In this document: piece by piece, positions 50,294-60,011 of the stretch
Position numbering within the stretch: position 1 is the first letter of the stretch
Layout of the letters: every line of letters starts with the position of its first letter
Assembly: GCA_964554665.1 (NCBI GenBank)
Contig: CAZKPP010000003.1
Span: 5,194 to 69,193 of the forward strand
Origin: an uncultured Bacteroides sp.
GTDB taxonomy: Bacteria; Bacteroidota; Bacteroidia; Bacteroidales; Muribaculaceae
Direction of reading: 5' to 3'
DNA: 64,000 bases
The notes under the pieces: generated by a model
Told to the model about the DNA's origin: nothing
The model's database searches: none
Seen by the model: the letters and a program-made list of their open reading frames with translations, nothing else
Translations under genes and position numbers: made by a program

Positions 50294-50309
50294 ACTTTGC
50301 GTGCAAAGT
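50294..50309. promoter_or_regulatory. perfect 7-2-7 inverted repeat ACTTTGC-gt-GCAAAGT overlapping the carA -7 box
   Basis: Arms at 50294..50300 and 50303..50309. The minus-strand -7 box TAACTTTG (plus caaagtta 50304..50311) lies 34 nt upstream of the carA ATG. Confidence 0.3.
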
Positions 50310-50365
50310 TACGAATTTTCTGCCGATTTTTTGTTGCTTTTAAACCAAAAAATCGCTTTGTGTGT

Positions 50366-50373
50366 TATTTTTG
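50366..50373 (+). promoter_or_regulatory. -7 promoter box TATTTTTG for flavodoxin
   Basis: Exact TAnnTTTG, 27 nt upstream of the ATG at 50400. Confidence 0.45.
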
Positions 50374-50399
50374 TAAATATAACTCTAAAATTCAAGCAA

Positions 50400-50897
50400 A
50401 TGAAGAAATTCGGAATATTTTATGGCTCTTTGACCGGAACGACCGCCAAGGTTGCCCGGCGCATTGCCGAAAAACTCGGTGTAGATAGCGAAGATGTACA
50501 CAATGTAGCCTCTACGGCGCCTTCGGTTGTGGGTGACTATGAGAACCTGATTTTTGCAACTTCGACCTGGGGCGCAGGCGATGTTGAGGAAGACTGGCTT
50601 GACTTTCTTGATGCCCTGAAGGCCATGGACCTTCGCGGCCACAGAATCGCTCTTGTGGGCGTTGGCGACGAAACCATGTCGGATACATTCTGCTCCGGAG
50701 CCGGCATTATCTACGATAAGCTGAAAGACTCGGGCGCATATTTTATCGGCTCATATCCGGCCGACGTTTATAAGTTCAACCATTCCGAAGCAATTGTCAA
50801 CGGCCAGCCCGTAGGCCTGCTGCTTGATGAAACGAACCATGCCGACCTGACCGACGGTCGTATCGACGGTTGGCTGCTGACGGTCGGACAATACTGA
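50400..50897 (+). CDS. fldA: long-chain flavodoxin
   Basis: 165 aa from the ATG at 50400. FYGSLTGTTAKVA FMN-phosphate loop and STWGAGDVEEDW. Confidence 0.88.
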   Translation: MKKFGIFYGSLTGTTAKVARRIAEKLGVDSEDVHNVASTAPSVVGDYENLIFATSTWGAGDVEEDWLDFLDALKAMDLRGHRIALVGVGDETMSDTFCSGAGIIYDKLKDSGAYFIGSYPADVYKFNHSEAIVNGQPVGLLLDETNHADLTDGRIDGWLLTVGQY

Positions 50898-50918
50898 TTG
50901 AAAATCTAAACAGTTACT

Positions 50919-53900
50919 TTAACTGCCGAGTCGCGTAATTTTTATATGCGACTCGGTTGTTTGCGGACTTTGCACAACTTGAATCTGCACCGGCAGTTCT
51001 TCGCGAAGCTCGTCAACGTGGGAGATAATGCCTACGTGGCGACCGGTTTGCGAGTGCAGTTGCAAAAGGGTAGCAACCGCGTCTTTCAGCGCCTGGCCGC
51101 TGAGGGTGCCGAAGCCTTCGTCGATGAACAGCGTGTCAACCTGAAGCCCCTCGGCAATGTCGCTCAGTGCCAATGCAAGAGCGAGCGAAACCAGGAAACT
51201 TTCGCCACCGGAAATAGTGTTGGCCGGGCGCGATGAACCGCCGTCGTAGGCATCGTCAACGTAAATTATGAATGAGTTAGGCTGCACGCGCAGGCGATAG
51301 CGGTCGGTCAGCGTTGCCATGTACTTGTTTGCCGAGTCTATCAGGTCCATCAAAACGTAGGTCTGGGCAATGGTTACGAACTTCTTGCCGTTGGTGTCGC
51401 CAAAGAGCTCGTCGAGCTCTTTCCAGCGCTGTTCTTCTTGTCGCTTTTCGTCGAGCAGGCGCAGGCGTTCGGCATGAATCTTCCTCGCAGCAGCGTCGGC
51501 GTTGAGTTTTTCGGTCATCACTCCGATGCGACGGTTGGTTTCAACCGTTTCTTCGTCGGCCTTGAGCTTTTTCTCTTTTAGCGTGTCAACCGGCTCGTCA
51601 ATATATTTTTCGGGTCGGTTTTTCAGATGTAGGGCGTAGCGCTTGTCAGCTTCGGCGAGCGATGTGTTGGCCTTCACCAGGTTCTCGGCTGCCGAGGCAA
51701 TGTCGCGGCGCGCGCCGTCGATTTCTTCAGGCGCAATCTGCAGCAGGTTGTTGAATATAAATTCCGAAAGGTTGTTTTCTGCCAGAAAGGCCGCTATCTG
51801 TGCCTTCAAGCCTGCTATCTTCGCTTTCGCGTCGGTCCGGGTTTGGCGGGTGGCTGCCACTTTGGCGTTGAGTGCGCTTACTTCGGAGTCAATGTTTTTC
51901 AGCTTCATGGGCACTGTGGTCGAATCATATTGAAAGCCGAGGCTGTCAATAATGACCATGTTGCGCGAAAATTCCTCCTGACTACTCTCTATGTGGCGAT
52001 TAAGTTCGTTGAGTGTGTCAACCGCGCGGTTAAACGATTGCGCGGCTTTCGTCAGGGCTGCGGCATATTCTACAGGTTTATCGAGCGGCGAAACTGCGCA
52101 CTTGTAGCCCCGGGTCAGTTCAGTTATCTCCTCCTTGAGTTTCTCGATTGCAATGTTTGCAGCCGCTATGCGTCCGCGCAGGGTGGCCAGGGCGTTGTTG
52201 GCATCGTTGAGCCGGTTGGTGGCCGCCGTTAGCTCGCGGTTGCATGCGTCGGTGCGCTCGGTGGCAGTTTTCAGCTGCTGCCGCGCATTTTTGATTTGAA
52301 CCGTAAGTTTGTTGATTTCCTCAAGGAGTTTATCAACGCTTTGAATTTCGTTGTTGATTGCGTCGAGGGAGCGCAGCGGCTCATTGAGGCCGGTGTTTTC
52401 CGCGTCGATGCTTTTTTGCGTCACTTCGATGGTTGCCGTCAGGCGGTTGACTTCGGTTTCGCAGACTTTAACTTTCCCGTCCGCTTCGAGATATGATTTC
52501 TCGTAGCCGACAATCAGCAGCTCGATGTCGCTCTCAACCGGGAGTTGAACTACGGTCTGACGGCAGAGCGGACAGCAGCATCCTTGCGTCAGCTCGCCGC
52601 GCAGTTTGCGAATCAGCGCGTCAACCGATTCGCGCTCGCGGTCATATATGGCCTTGGCTTTATCGCGTGCCGAACGCAATTCCTTTAAGTTCTCAATCAG
52701 GGCATTGAGCTTCTGTTGGTTCTCTGAAACTTCTTTTTGCAGTTGCTCAATCCGTTGGCGCCGCTCAACTTTTTGTTTTTCGTTTTTTAGCGAGTCGAGC
52801 ACTTCCCTTATGCGGTCGGGATGTTTGGCTTCGAGAATAGCTTCGAAATCTTCAATTGATTGCCTGATTTTATCTTGTTCGGCTTTAGCACCCTCGGCTT
52901 CAATGTTCGCTTTTTCAACCGCTTTGCGAAGATTGTTGTCGATATTCTTTTCCAGCGTATTGAGCTCGACCGATATCTGACCGAGCGATGTGCGCTCTGC
53001 CGCCAGCGATTGCAGTTTCGACGTAATCAGCTGCTCGCGGGCATATATGGAGCTATTCGGCATTTCAGCGTCGATAAGCGCTTTAAGCTCGGCTGATTTA
53101 GCCTTGCTTTCCGATATGCTTATGCGCAGGTATTCAAGGCCGCCGCGCAGGTCGAGGGCGTGGGCCGACAGTTCATCCAAGTCATGAGTGCTTTTTTCGA
53201 TTTCTTGCTGAGCCTTGGCCACTTCTCCGCTCCATAAGCGTGGCTTTTCAATCAACTCATATTGGGCAATTAGCTCCTTTTGGCGAGCCATGCGGTCGCT
53301 TTTAACCAAGGCTTCGGCATCGGTGAGGGCCTGTTTCAGTTCGGCGAGCTGTTGGGTCATAACCGCTTCGTTTTCGAGCCACATTATTCCGTTCATCAGC
53401 CCTTCCGACAGTGCTTTCAGCTCGCCGTTGGACCGCTCCAGAGCGCTCATCTCATCTTTGGCAGCAGTCAGCTCATCGTCGGACATCAGCACGGTGTCCG
53501 CTAACTGGCGTTCGAGCTCGTTGGCGGCGTCTTTGCGCGCCTTGTAGTTTTCGCGAATCTTTATTGATATGCGTCGGTAAATGTCGGTGCCGGTGATTTT
53601 TTCAAGAATCTCGCTTTTTTCGTCATTGGGGGCCTGCAGAAAGCGGGTAAAGTCGCCCTGGGCCAGCATTGTTGTACGGCAGAACTTTTTAAAATCGAGC
53701 CCTATGGCCTGCTCGATGCGTTCGCGCAGGGGGGTGACCTTATCTATAATCACCTCCCGGCCGTTTTCGGTGAACTGCAAGTAGTGGGAGGGCGCACGGA
53801 ACGGCCGGTCTATTTTTTTATATGTGCGGGCCGTGGTCCATGTTGCCGTGTAGGTGATTCCGTCGTTGCCTGTGAATTCGAGGATTGCCGTGGCCTCGAC

Positions 53901-54170
53901 GCTGTCGCGCCGTGCCATTGCCCGCGAGTCGGTAAACTTGCTGCCGTCGGTCAGTTCAACGCTTTTATGTCCGCTCTCGGCCAGGCGCTGCAGGCGGGGG
54001 GTGGTGCCATAAAGCGCCAGGCAGATAGAGTCGAGAATAGTGGTCTTACCTGCTCCCGTATTACCTGTTATCAGATATACCGGGGCGGATAGCAGCGGCT
54101 CGGCGGTGAAATCGATGGTTGCCGAGGTTATTGACGCGATATTTGATATAGAGAGTTTTTTGAGTTTCAC
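50919..54170 (-). CDS. sbcC: SbcC-type SMC-like ATPase (exonuclease SbcCD subunit C)
   Basis: 1083 aa with a GTG start. Walker A GNTGAGKTT, long coiled coils, CPLC zinc hook mid-protein, signature SGGESFLVSLALALALS, Walker B LFIDEGFGTL. Confidence 0.85.
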   Translation of the reverse strand: MKLKKLSISNIASITSATIDFTAEPLLSAPVYLITGNTGAGKTTILDSICLALYGTTPRLQRLAESGHKSVELTDGSKFTDSRAMARRDSVEATAILEFTGNDGITYTATWTTARTYKKIDRPFRAPSHYLQFTENGREVIIDKVTPLRERIEQAIGLDFKKFCRTTMLAQGDFTRFLQAPNDEKSEILEKITGTDIYRRISIKIRENYKARKDAANELERQLADTVLMSDDELTAAKDEMSALERSNGELKALSEGLMNGIMWLENEAVMTQQLAELKQALTDAEALVKSDRMARQKELIAQYELIEKPRLWSGEVAKAQQEIEKSTHDLDELSAHALDLRGGLEYLRISISESKAKSAELKALIDAEMPNSSIYAREQLITSKLQSLAAERTSLGQISVELNTLEKNIDNNLRKAVEKANIEAEGAKAEQDKIRQSIEDFEAILEAKHPDRIREVLDSLKNEKQKVERRQRIEQLQKEVSENQQKLNALIENLKELRSARDKAKAIYDRERESVDALIRKLRGELTQGCCCPLCRQTVVQLPVESDIELLIVGYEKSYLEADGKVKVCETEVNRLTATIEVTQKSIDAENTGLNEPLRSLDAINNEIQSVDKLLEEINKLTVQIKNARQQLKTATERTDACNRELTAATNRLNDANNALATLRGRIAAANIAIEKLKEEITELTRGYKCAVSPLDKPVEYAAALTKAAQSFNRAVDTLNELNRHIESSQEEFSRNMVIIDSLGFQYDSTTVPMKLKNIDSEVSALNAKVAATRQTRTDAKAKIAGLKAQIAAFLAENNLSEFIFNNLLQIAPEEIDGARRDIASAAENLVKANTSLAEADKRYALHLKNRPEKYIDEPVDTLKEKKLKADEETVETNRRIGVMTEKLNADAAARKIHAERLRLLDEKRQEEQRWKELDELFGDTNGKKFVTIAQTYVLMDLIDSANKYMATLTDRYRLRVQPNSFIIYVDDAYDGGSSRPANTISGGESFLVSLALALALSDIAEGLQVDTLFIDEGFGTLSGQALKDAVATLLQLHSQTGRHVGIISHVDELREELPVQIQVVQSPQTTESHIKITRLGS
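50926..50962 (+). terminator. flavodoxin terminator hairpin embedded in the 3' coding end of convergent sbcC
   Basis: 9-bp stem ccgagtcgc (50926..50934) pairs with gcgactcgg (50948..50956), followed by ttgttt. It lies 29 nt after the fldA stop and inside the last sbcC codons. Confidence 0.45.
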
Positions 54171-54187
54171 GGCGGAATCAGAATAGG

Positions 54188-55351
54188 TTATTTTGATATT
54201 TCAGAAACTACTTGGCTGAACAGTGTGGCCATTTCGTCGGTCATGGGCGTGCCGGCATATTCGGCGTATTCTTTGGCTATGGTCAGCGGGTCTTCGGTCT
54301 GAAATTCGCTGACCGAGCGCAGGCGCACCCCGCAGATGTTGCCGGCGGCAGGTCGGCGGACGTTGAAAGCACACAGGGTAACATTCTTATTGCCCAAGGC
54401 TTCGGCAACAAGCTGCCGGCGGTTGTCGGGCAGCGGGCGATCGAGCTCGATATTGAGCCTCAGTAGCTGCGGCTCGCCCGGATTGTAGCCTTTAAGCAGC
54501 TCAAGCATTGCATCCCAGGACAGGTAATTAGCCGAGTCGGGTAGTGTTACGAGGCGGCGAAGTGGTGTGAATGTGATGTGCTCGACCTTAGGCTCAGCGC
54601 CGCGGGCAGATAGTTCGATGATGCTGACGCCGTGCGATGCGTCGGCTTCATCGAAGCCAACCGGAAGCGGCGAGCCGCAGTAGCGCACCCGATGGTGGCC
54701 GGCACCATGAACGAACTGAGGCGTATGGATATGGCCTAAAGCAAGGTAGTCGAAGCCGCCGGCAAGGGTGGTTATGTCCGTCGTCTTGATGTTGCCGATA
54801 AACTCGGCAGTGTCGGTTTCCATGCGTTTATGCCCGTTGAAGTCCGCCCCTCTGACCGCAGTATGGGCGGTCAGTACGATGGGGAGCTCATTCTGGGGAA
54901 CCTTATCGACAATACTTTGGAAAAAGCCTTCGGGAATCAAGCGCTCGTTGACGAACGGCACGGCGCACACATAGCCTTTGCCCGGGATTTCGATTATATT
55001 TGCCTCGGGCCGCTCGGGGTCGATAGACCCGATGGTGTGCACATTGTGCGCCCGCCAGGGGTGACGGAAAATTTCGTGGCGGTTGGCCGAATCATGGTTG
55101 CCCGAAGTGGCTATGATAGTCATTTCGGGGTTTTGGCGGTGAAATTCGGCCAATGCGTTGGCAAAAAGGGTCTGCGCCTCGATTGGCGGTATCGACGAGT
55201 CGAAAATATCGCCCGCGATTATCATTACGTCGGGCCGATGTTGCTCAATAACCTTTTGGATATTAAGCAGCATGGCCGCGAACTCGTCGCGGCGGTTAAT
55301 GCCGTAGAGTTCGTGGCCAAGGTGCCAGTCGCTTGTGTGGAGCAGTTTCAT
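54188..55351 (-). CDS. sbcD: exonuclease SbcCD subunit D (Mre11-like phosphoesterase)
   Basis: 387 aa. LLHTSDWHLG, IIAGDIFD, GNHD and LGHIH phosphoesterase motifs. Confidence 0.9.
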   Translation of the reverse strand: MKLLHTSDWHLGHELYGINRRDEFAAMLLNIQKVIEQHRPDVMIIAGDIFDSSIPPIEAQTLFANALAEFHRQNPEMTIIATSGNHDSANRHEIFRHPWRAHNVHTIGSIDPERPEANIIEIPGKGYVCAVPFVNERLIPEGFFQSIVDKVPQNELPIVLTAHTAVRGADFNGHKRMETDTAEFIGNIKTTDITTLAGGFDYLALGHIHTPQFVHGAGHHRVRYCGSPLPVGFDEADASHGVSIIELSARGAEPKVEHITFTPLRRLVTLPDSANYLSWDAMLELLKGYNPGEPQLLRLNIELDRPLPDNRRQLVAEALGNKNVTLCAFNVRRPAAGNICGVRLRSVSEFQTEDPLTIAKEYAEYAGTPMTDEMATLFSQVVSEISK

Positions 55352-57481
55352 TTATTTGGAGATAAGCCCGCGGTTGCGCAGAAGGGCATCGACATTGGGC
55401 TGACGACCGCGGAAGTTCACATAGAGTACCATGGGGTCTTCAGCACCACCGGCTTCGAGCACGTTTTTCTTAAACGCGGCAGCGGTTTCGGGGTCAAAAA
55501 TGCCGCGTTCCTCAAACAGTTCGAAACCGTCGGAGTCAAGCACTTCGGCCCAGAGGTAGGTGTAGTAGCCCGAAGCATAGCCGTCGGAGCCGAAAACATG
55601 TTTGAAGTAGGGCGAACGATAGCGGAACTGCAGTTCGGCGGGCATCTGCAGCTTTTCGGCTACCGAACGTTCAAAGTCCATTACGTTTACCGAGTCGCCC
55701 GGTTCGAGGTTGAGTTTGCCCCAGTAGAGGTCGAGCAGGGCGGCCGATGCGAGTTCGCCGGTGGTGAAGCCCTGATTGTGGTGCTGGGCGTTCTGGAGTT
55801 TGGCAATGAGTTCGTCGGAAATCACTTCGCCGGTTTTCCAGTGGTGGGCGTACATTTTAAGCATTTCGGGGGCTACGGCCCAGTGTTCGTGAATCTGGCT
55901 CGGGAGCTCAACGAAGTCGCGGTCAACGTTGGTGCCGGCCTGCGAGCGGTATTGGGCGCGGGTCAGCATTCCGTGGAGGCCGTGGCCGAACTCGTGGAAC
56001 AGGGTTTCAACGTCGTCAATCGACAGCAGAGCGGGAGTGGTTGCCGTCGGGCGGGTGAAGTTGCCCACATTATAAATAATAGGAGCCACGCGGTTGCCCT
56101 GTTCGTCGACATACTCGCCTTTGAACTCGCTCATCCATGCGCCCTGGCGCTTCGATGCGCGCGGGAAGTAGTCGTTCATGAAAATTGCAATGTGTTCGCC
56201 GGTCTTGGCGTCGGTAACCTCATAAACCTTAACTTCGGGGTGATATTTCGGAGCGTCGGGCAGTTCGGTAAAGTTTACGCCATAGAGGATGTTGGCCATT
56301 TTGAAGGCGCCGTTCAGCACTGAATCAACTGCAAAATACTGGCGCAGTTCGTCTTCGTCGAGCGCATATTTCTGCTGGCGCAGCTTTTCGGCGTAGTAGG
56401 AGTAGTCCCACGGCTGAATTTTTTCGGGAGCGAGGGTCTGCATTTCGGCCACTTCCTCGTTAACGCGTGTTCTGGCGGCGGACCAGACCTTATTGAGCAG
56501 CTCCATAGCGGCTTCGGGGGTTTTGGCCATGACGTTGGCGGTTGCATAGCTTGCAAAGTCAGGATAGCCGAGCAGTCGGGCCTTGGCGGTGCGGGCCTTG
56601 AGGATTTCGTTGATTACGGGGCCGTTGTCGTACTTGCCCGAAGAGGCGAGGCCGGTGTAGCCTTCATAAACCTGCTGACGCAGCGAGCGGTCGTCGGCAT
56701 ACTGAAGCACCGGCAGACGGCTCGGGCCGTGGAGGGTAAAGGCGTATGATCCGGTGGGCATGTTGCGCTCGGCGGCAGCTTCGGCGGCGGCATCGATAAC
56801 GCCTTGGGGCAGACCCGAAAGGCGTGCGGTGTCGGTAACCTCGATTACGAATTCATTGGTTGCTGCAAGCAGGTTTTTGTTGAACTTCAGATAGAGGTCG
56901 GTAAGCTTGGAGTTTACTGCTTTCAGCGAGTCCTGATCGGCCTGCGAGAGCATGGCGCCGTTGCGTACGGCGTCGCGATAGGTCTTCTCGATCATGCGCA
57001 TCTGGGCGGTGGTGTAGCCTTTGCCCTCGCGGTTGTCGTAAACCTGCTTGATGCGGGCAAAAAGTGCGGGGTCCATGGCCAGCTCGTCGGCCCACTGCTG
57101 GGCTTCGGCGTAGAAGGTCTGGGCTACTTCTTCGCTTTCGGGTGAGTTCAAAGCCTCGTCGAGGCCCGAAAAGAGCAGGGCCACGCGGTTGAGCAGGTCG
57201 CCGCTGTTGTCGAGCGCAAGAATGGTGTTTTCAAAAGTCGGGGCGTCGGGGTTGTCGACTATTGCCTTGACTTCGGCTTTCTGTTGATTGATGGCCTCGC
57301 GGAGCGCGGGCATGTAGTCCGACATCTGAATCTGGTCGAACGGGGGAATGTCGAATTGAGTTTTGTACTCTGAAATCAGCGGATTCTGTCTGTTCATTGC
57401 AGGGAGAGTGTCTTTGGCATAAACATATAGCGCGGTTGCGCCGGCAGCCAATACGGCTGCAAAAAGAAGTTTCTTTCTCAT
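55352..57481 (-). CDS. dcp: M3 family peptidyl-dipeptidase
   Basis: 709 aa with a signal peptide. HEFGH zinc motif (LFHEFGHGLHGML). Its stop abuts the sbcD start. Confidence 0.85.
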   Translation of the reverse strand: MRKKLLFAAVLAAGATALYVYAKDTLPAMNRQNPLISEYKTQFDIPPFDQIQMSDYMPALREAINQQKAEVKAIVDNPDAPTFENTILALDNSGDLLNRVALLFSGLDEALNSPESEEVAQTFYAEAQQWADELAMDPALFARIKQVYDNREGKGYTTAQMRMIEKTYRDAVRNGAMLSQADQDSLKAVNSKLTDLYLKFNKNLLAATNEFVIEVTDTARLSGLPQGVIDAAAEAAAERNMPTGSYAFTLHGPSRLPVLQYADDRSLRQQVYEGYTGLASSGKYDNGPVINEILKARTAKARLLGYPDFASYATANVMAKTPEAAMELLNKVWSAARTRVNEEVAEMQTLAPEKIQPWDYSYYAEKLRQQKYALDEDELRQYFAVDSVLNGAFKMANILYGVNFTELPDAPKYHPEVKVYEVTDAKTGEHIAIFMNDYFPRASKRQGAWMSEFKGEYVDEQGNRVAPIIYNVGNFTRPTATTPALLSIDDVETLFHEFGHGLHGMLTRAQYRSQAGTNVDRDFVELPSQIHEHWAVAPEMLKMYAHHWKTGEVISDELIAKLQNAQHHNQGFTTGELASAALLDLYWGKLNLEPGDSVNVMDFERSVAEKLQMPAELQFRYRSPYFKHVFGSDGYASGYYTYLWAEVLDSDGFELFEERGIFDPETAAAFKKNVLEAGGAEDPMVLYVNFRGRQPNVDALLRNRGLISK

Positions 57482-57506
57482 GCGTGAAAATAATTTATTT
57501 GAAATG

Positions 57507-57514
57507 CAAAATTA
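57507..57514 (-). promoter_or_regulatory. -7 promoter box (TAATTTTG on minus strand) for dcp
   Basis: Plus-strand caaaatta, 26 nt upstream of the ATG at 57481. Confidence 0.5.
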
Positions 57515-57649
57515 CAAAAATTTTCGTTCCCTGCAAAATCTGCAAAATTTTTGGAAAAAAATCCGAAAAATATGTTGCAGATATAAAAACTATTACTAAC
57601 TTAGCGGCGTTAAAACTACCGAATAACGTATAAAAAACTCTCAAAATCT

Positions 57650-58198
57650 ATGATATATAACTTTAGGATTGTTTCTGACGAAGTAGATAACTTCCGCCGC
57701 GACATCCAAATCGATGCGGACGCAACGTTTCTTGACCTGCGCAACGCCATATATAATAGTGTCGGTTACGACAAGAACCAGATGTGTTCTTTCTTCATTT
57801 GCGATAACGAATGGGAGAAGGAACGCGAAATAACCCTTGAAGATATGGGCCTCGACGCTTCGGAAGACTCCTATCTGATGGAAGACACTATTCTCAGCGA
57901 TGAAATTGAAGACGAAGGTCAGCGCCTGATGTTGACTTTCGACTATCTCAACGACCGCTCCTTTTATATAGAGCTGAAAACCACTGAGCCGGGCAAGAGC
58001 CTTATGGAACCGCTGGTGTCGAGCGCCATGGGTCAGGCTCCCAAGCAGGAGAGCGTTCTCGAAATCATCGAGCCCGAAAAGATTAACGCCGCAAATAAAG
58101 CCGTAGAGGAATTCGACGACGAATTCTACGGCTCAGATTCGTTTAACGATGATGAGTTCGAGGCAGGCGGCTTCAGCGATATGACGCTCGAAGAATAA
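57650..58198 (+). CDS. conserved hypothetical protein, pRiA4b ORF-3 / MM3350-like domain with acidic tail
   Basis: 182 aa. IYNFRIVSDEVDNFRRDIQIDADATFLDLRNAI opening resembles that family. Asp/Glu-rich C-terminus. Lower GC than its neighbours. Confidence 0.45.
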   Translation: MIYNFRIVSDEVDNFRRDIQIDADATFLDLRNAIYNSVGYDKNQMCSFFICDNEWEKEREITLEDMGLDASEDSYLMEDTILSDEIEDEGQRLMLTFDYLNDRSFYIELKTTEPGKSLMEPLVSSAMGQAPKQESVLEIIEPEKINAANKAVEEFDDEFYGSDSFNDDEFEAGGFSDMTLEE

Positions 58199-58200
58199 CG

Positions 58201-58797
58201 CTACTGCTGTTCGGCAAGATAAGTTTCGCAACAGAGGGCCAGTTCGTCATACCATTCCTTTCCGAAGCGTTCAATCAGCGGTTCGCGCAGGAATTGGTAG
58301 AGGCGGATGCCTTCTCGCCGCCCTTTGGCACGCGCCGGGGCGCAGATGTTCCATTTATGGTAATTAACAGCCGTGAACTTGTCGTATTCGGTTATTCTTA
58401 CCGGATATAATGCGCAGCTGATCGGTTTGCGCCATTGGGTTTCGCCGCGACGATAGGCCCCTTCGAGCGCACACAGGCAAATGCCGTTGGGCGCATAGCA
58501 GGTAAAGGCGCAGTTGCGGCCATCGAGAATGGTGGTTACCAGGTCGCCTTCCTCGTCGATATAGCTTACGCCCTGCTCCTTGACGAGCTCAAGCGCGCGC
58601 GGGGCCATATCTTTTTCTATGCAGGGTAGGGCACGGCGAATTTCGCGGCACTCCTTGTCGGTTACCGGAGCTCCGGCATCGCCTTCGATGCAACATTCGC
58701 CCTTGCAGGCGTCGAGGTCGCAGCAAAAAAATTCTTCAGCCAGGTCGAGGCTGACCAAAGTGTCTTGTATCTGAAACATAATTTGTTCTTCTATCAT
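58201..58797 (-). CDS. DUF3109-like cysteine-rich protein
   Basis: 198 aa. FCCDLDACKGECCIEGDAGAP Cys cluster near the N-terminus. ATGA overlap with the upstream gene. Confidence 0.6.
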   Translation of the reverse strand: MIEEQIMFQIQDTLVSLDLAEEFFCCDLDACKGECCIEGDAGAPVTDKECREIRRALPCIEKDMAPRALELVKEQGVSYIDEEGDLVTTILDGRNCAFTCYAPNGICLCALEGAYRRGETQWRKPISCALYPVRITEYDKFTAVNYHKWNICAPARAKGRREGIRLYQFLREPLIERFGKEWYDELALCCETYLAEQQ

Positions 58798-60011
58798 TTT
58801 CCTGAATAAATAACGGCTGAACCAATCAACCGGTCGTAGCGGCTGCCGGCGGGTGAATAATATAGCAGCGCCATGTATTCATTGCCGGTTTCGTAATGGT
58901 CGCCTTCAATCGGATTTTCGGCCGACGGCGTTACGTAGCGGTAGTTATACATTCCTTGCTTCAGCAGCAGGGTTTTGATGTATGCCCCCAAAGATTCATC
59001 GTAGATCATCGTCGGGTCGATGCCTATTGTTAAATCGCCGTCGAGATATACCGGAACATCGAGTTGCGGCATGTTCAGCGTAAAGAAAGTTTCAATATAA
59101 TCGGCGTTGATGTCGGCATCGTCGGAATAAATCTCGGCGGGGAAAAAGCGGCCGGCCTGGTCTTGGTCATACAGGTAGCGCTGCGATGCCCGGGGTTCAT
59201 CGGTTTTAAGCAGAGCGCTGTAGAGGGGGTCGGTAAAGCGGATTGACTCTACTCCCATGCCCGGATAGTTGGTATTGGCAATGTCGAACCTGCGGAATTC
59301 GTTGCCTGCCGGGAATATCAATTCTTTCTGATGCTCATAGAGAGCCGATTCGGCCTGAACGCTCAGCGGATGAATGAGCTCCCGGCGGCTGTTGGCTCTG
59401 CCGTTTTGAATAACTACGAGCTTGAGGTTGTTGTAGGGATTTTCAACTTTAGCGCCTTGCAGATTTGCTTTGACCGACAGCTGCTGGTGATGACCGTTAT
59501 AGTCGTAGTCGGTCCGCGAAGTAACGCCCATGTCGATGCCCGCAATGGCTTCGTCGACCATGAAGCGTGCCTGCACAAGGGTGGTCGACGGGTCGTTTTC
59601 GTCGTAAACCTCAATGAGATAGTTGCCCGACACCAGCGGCTGCATATCGGCGTTTGGCAAGGTAATGTCGTAGTGCACGTAGTGGGCCAATGTGTTTTCC
59701 GACAGCCTGTAGTCGGTAACTTCCGCCTCGTTGAAGCCGTAGACGTAGTCCATCTCTGAAAGCGACGACGGTTGCCAGTCACTATTGCAATGCACCAGTC
59801 GGTAGCGCAGATAGCGATTGTCTTCGGCCAGCTCGTCGAAGCTGATTCGTATCTGCTTGTTATCTCGGATTATCGGTTGGCCAAGGCGGTTTTGGGGATC
59901 GAGCACCTGCAGCGATTTAAAATCGGGGTGCAATGTGGTGGTCGACGTGTTGCGCGCGCCGGCCGGAAACATCAAGGCTCCCAAAAGCCAAAGACTAAAT
60001 ATCCTCTTCAT
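58794..60011 (-). CDS. DUF5103-like protein (T9SS plug-protein N-terminal domain family)
   Basis: 405 aa with a signal peptide. ISFDELAEDNRYLRYRLVHCNSDWQPSSLSEMDYVYGF and YVHYDITLPN match my recollection of the DUF5103 pattern. Confidence 0.55.
   Translation of the reverse strand: MKRIFSLWLLGALMFPAGARNTSTTTLHPDFKSLQVLDPQNRLGQPIIRDNKQIRISFDELAEDNRYLRYRLVHCNSDWQPSSLSEMDYVYGFNEAEVTDYRLSENTLAHYVHYDITLPNADMQPLVSGNYLIEVYDENDPSTTLVQARFMVDEAIAGIDMGVTSRTDYDYNGHHQQLSVKANLQGAKVENPYNNLKLVVIQNGRANSRRELIHPLSVQAESALYEHQKELIFPAGNEFRRFDIANTNYPGMGVESIRFTDPLYSALLKTDEPRASQRYLYDQDQAGRFFPAEIYSDDADINADYIETFFTLNMPQLDVPVYLDGDLTIGIDPTMIYDESLGAYIKTLLLKQGMYNYRYVTPSAENPIEGDHYETGNEYMALLYYSPAGSRYDRLIGSAVIYSGK

Noticed and set aside
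50919-55351. SbcC/SbcD-like pair considered as a possible phage-defence module (Lamassu/Wadjet/Gabija-like SMC or OLD-type system).
   Set aside because: Both proteins have the full canonical SbcCD set: Mre11 phosphoesterase motifs, Walker A/B, signature motif and a CPLC zinc hook. They are in the usual D-then-C order, have no extra effector genes and sit in a housekeeping context (dcp, fldA, carAB). The pair is best read as ordinary sbcDC.
54830-56323. 497-aa plus-strand ORF.
   Set aside because: It is antisense to, and spans the junction of, two well-supported minus-strand genes (sbcD and dcp). Its G/V/A-rich composition is typical of shadow ORFs in GC-rich coding DNA.
57505-57548. Three copies of TGCAAAAT (57505, 57532, 57541) in the dcp upstream region.
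   Set aside because: Only the first forms a canonical minus-strand TAnnTTTG box. The others look like degenerate promoter-like AT-rich sequence, and the octamer is too short to call a repeat element.
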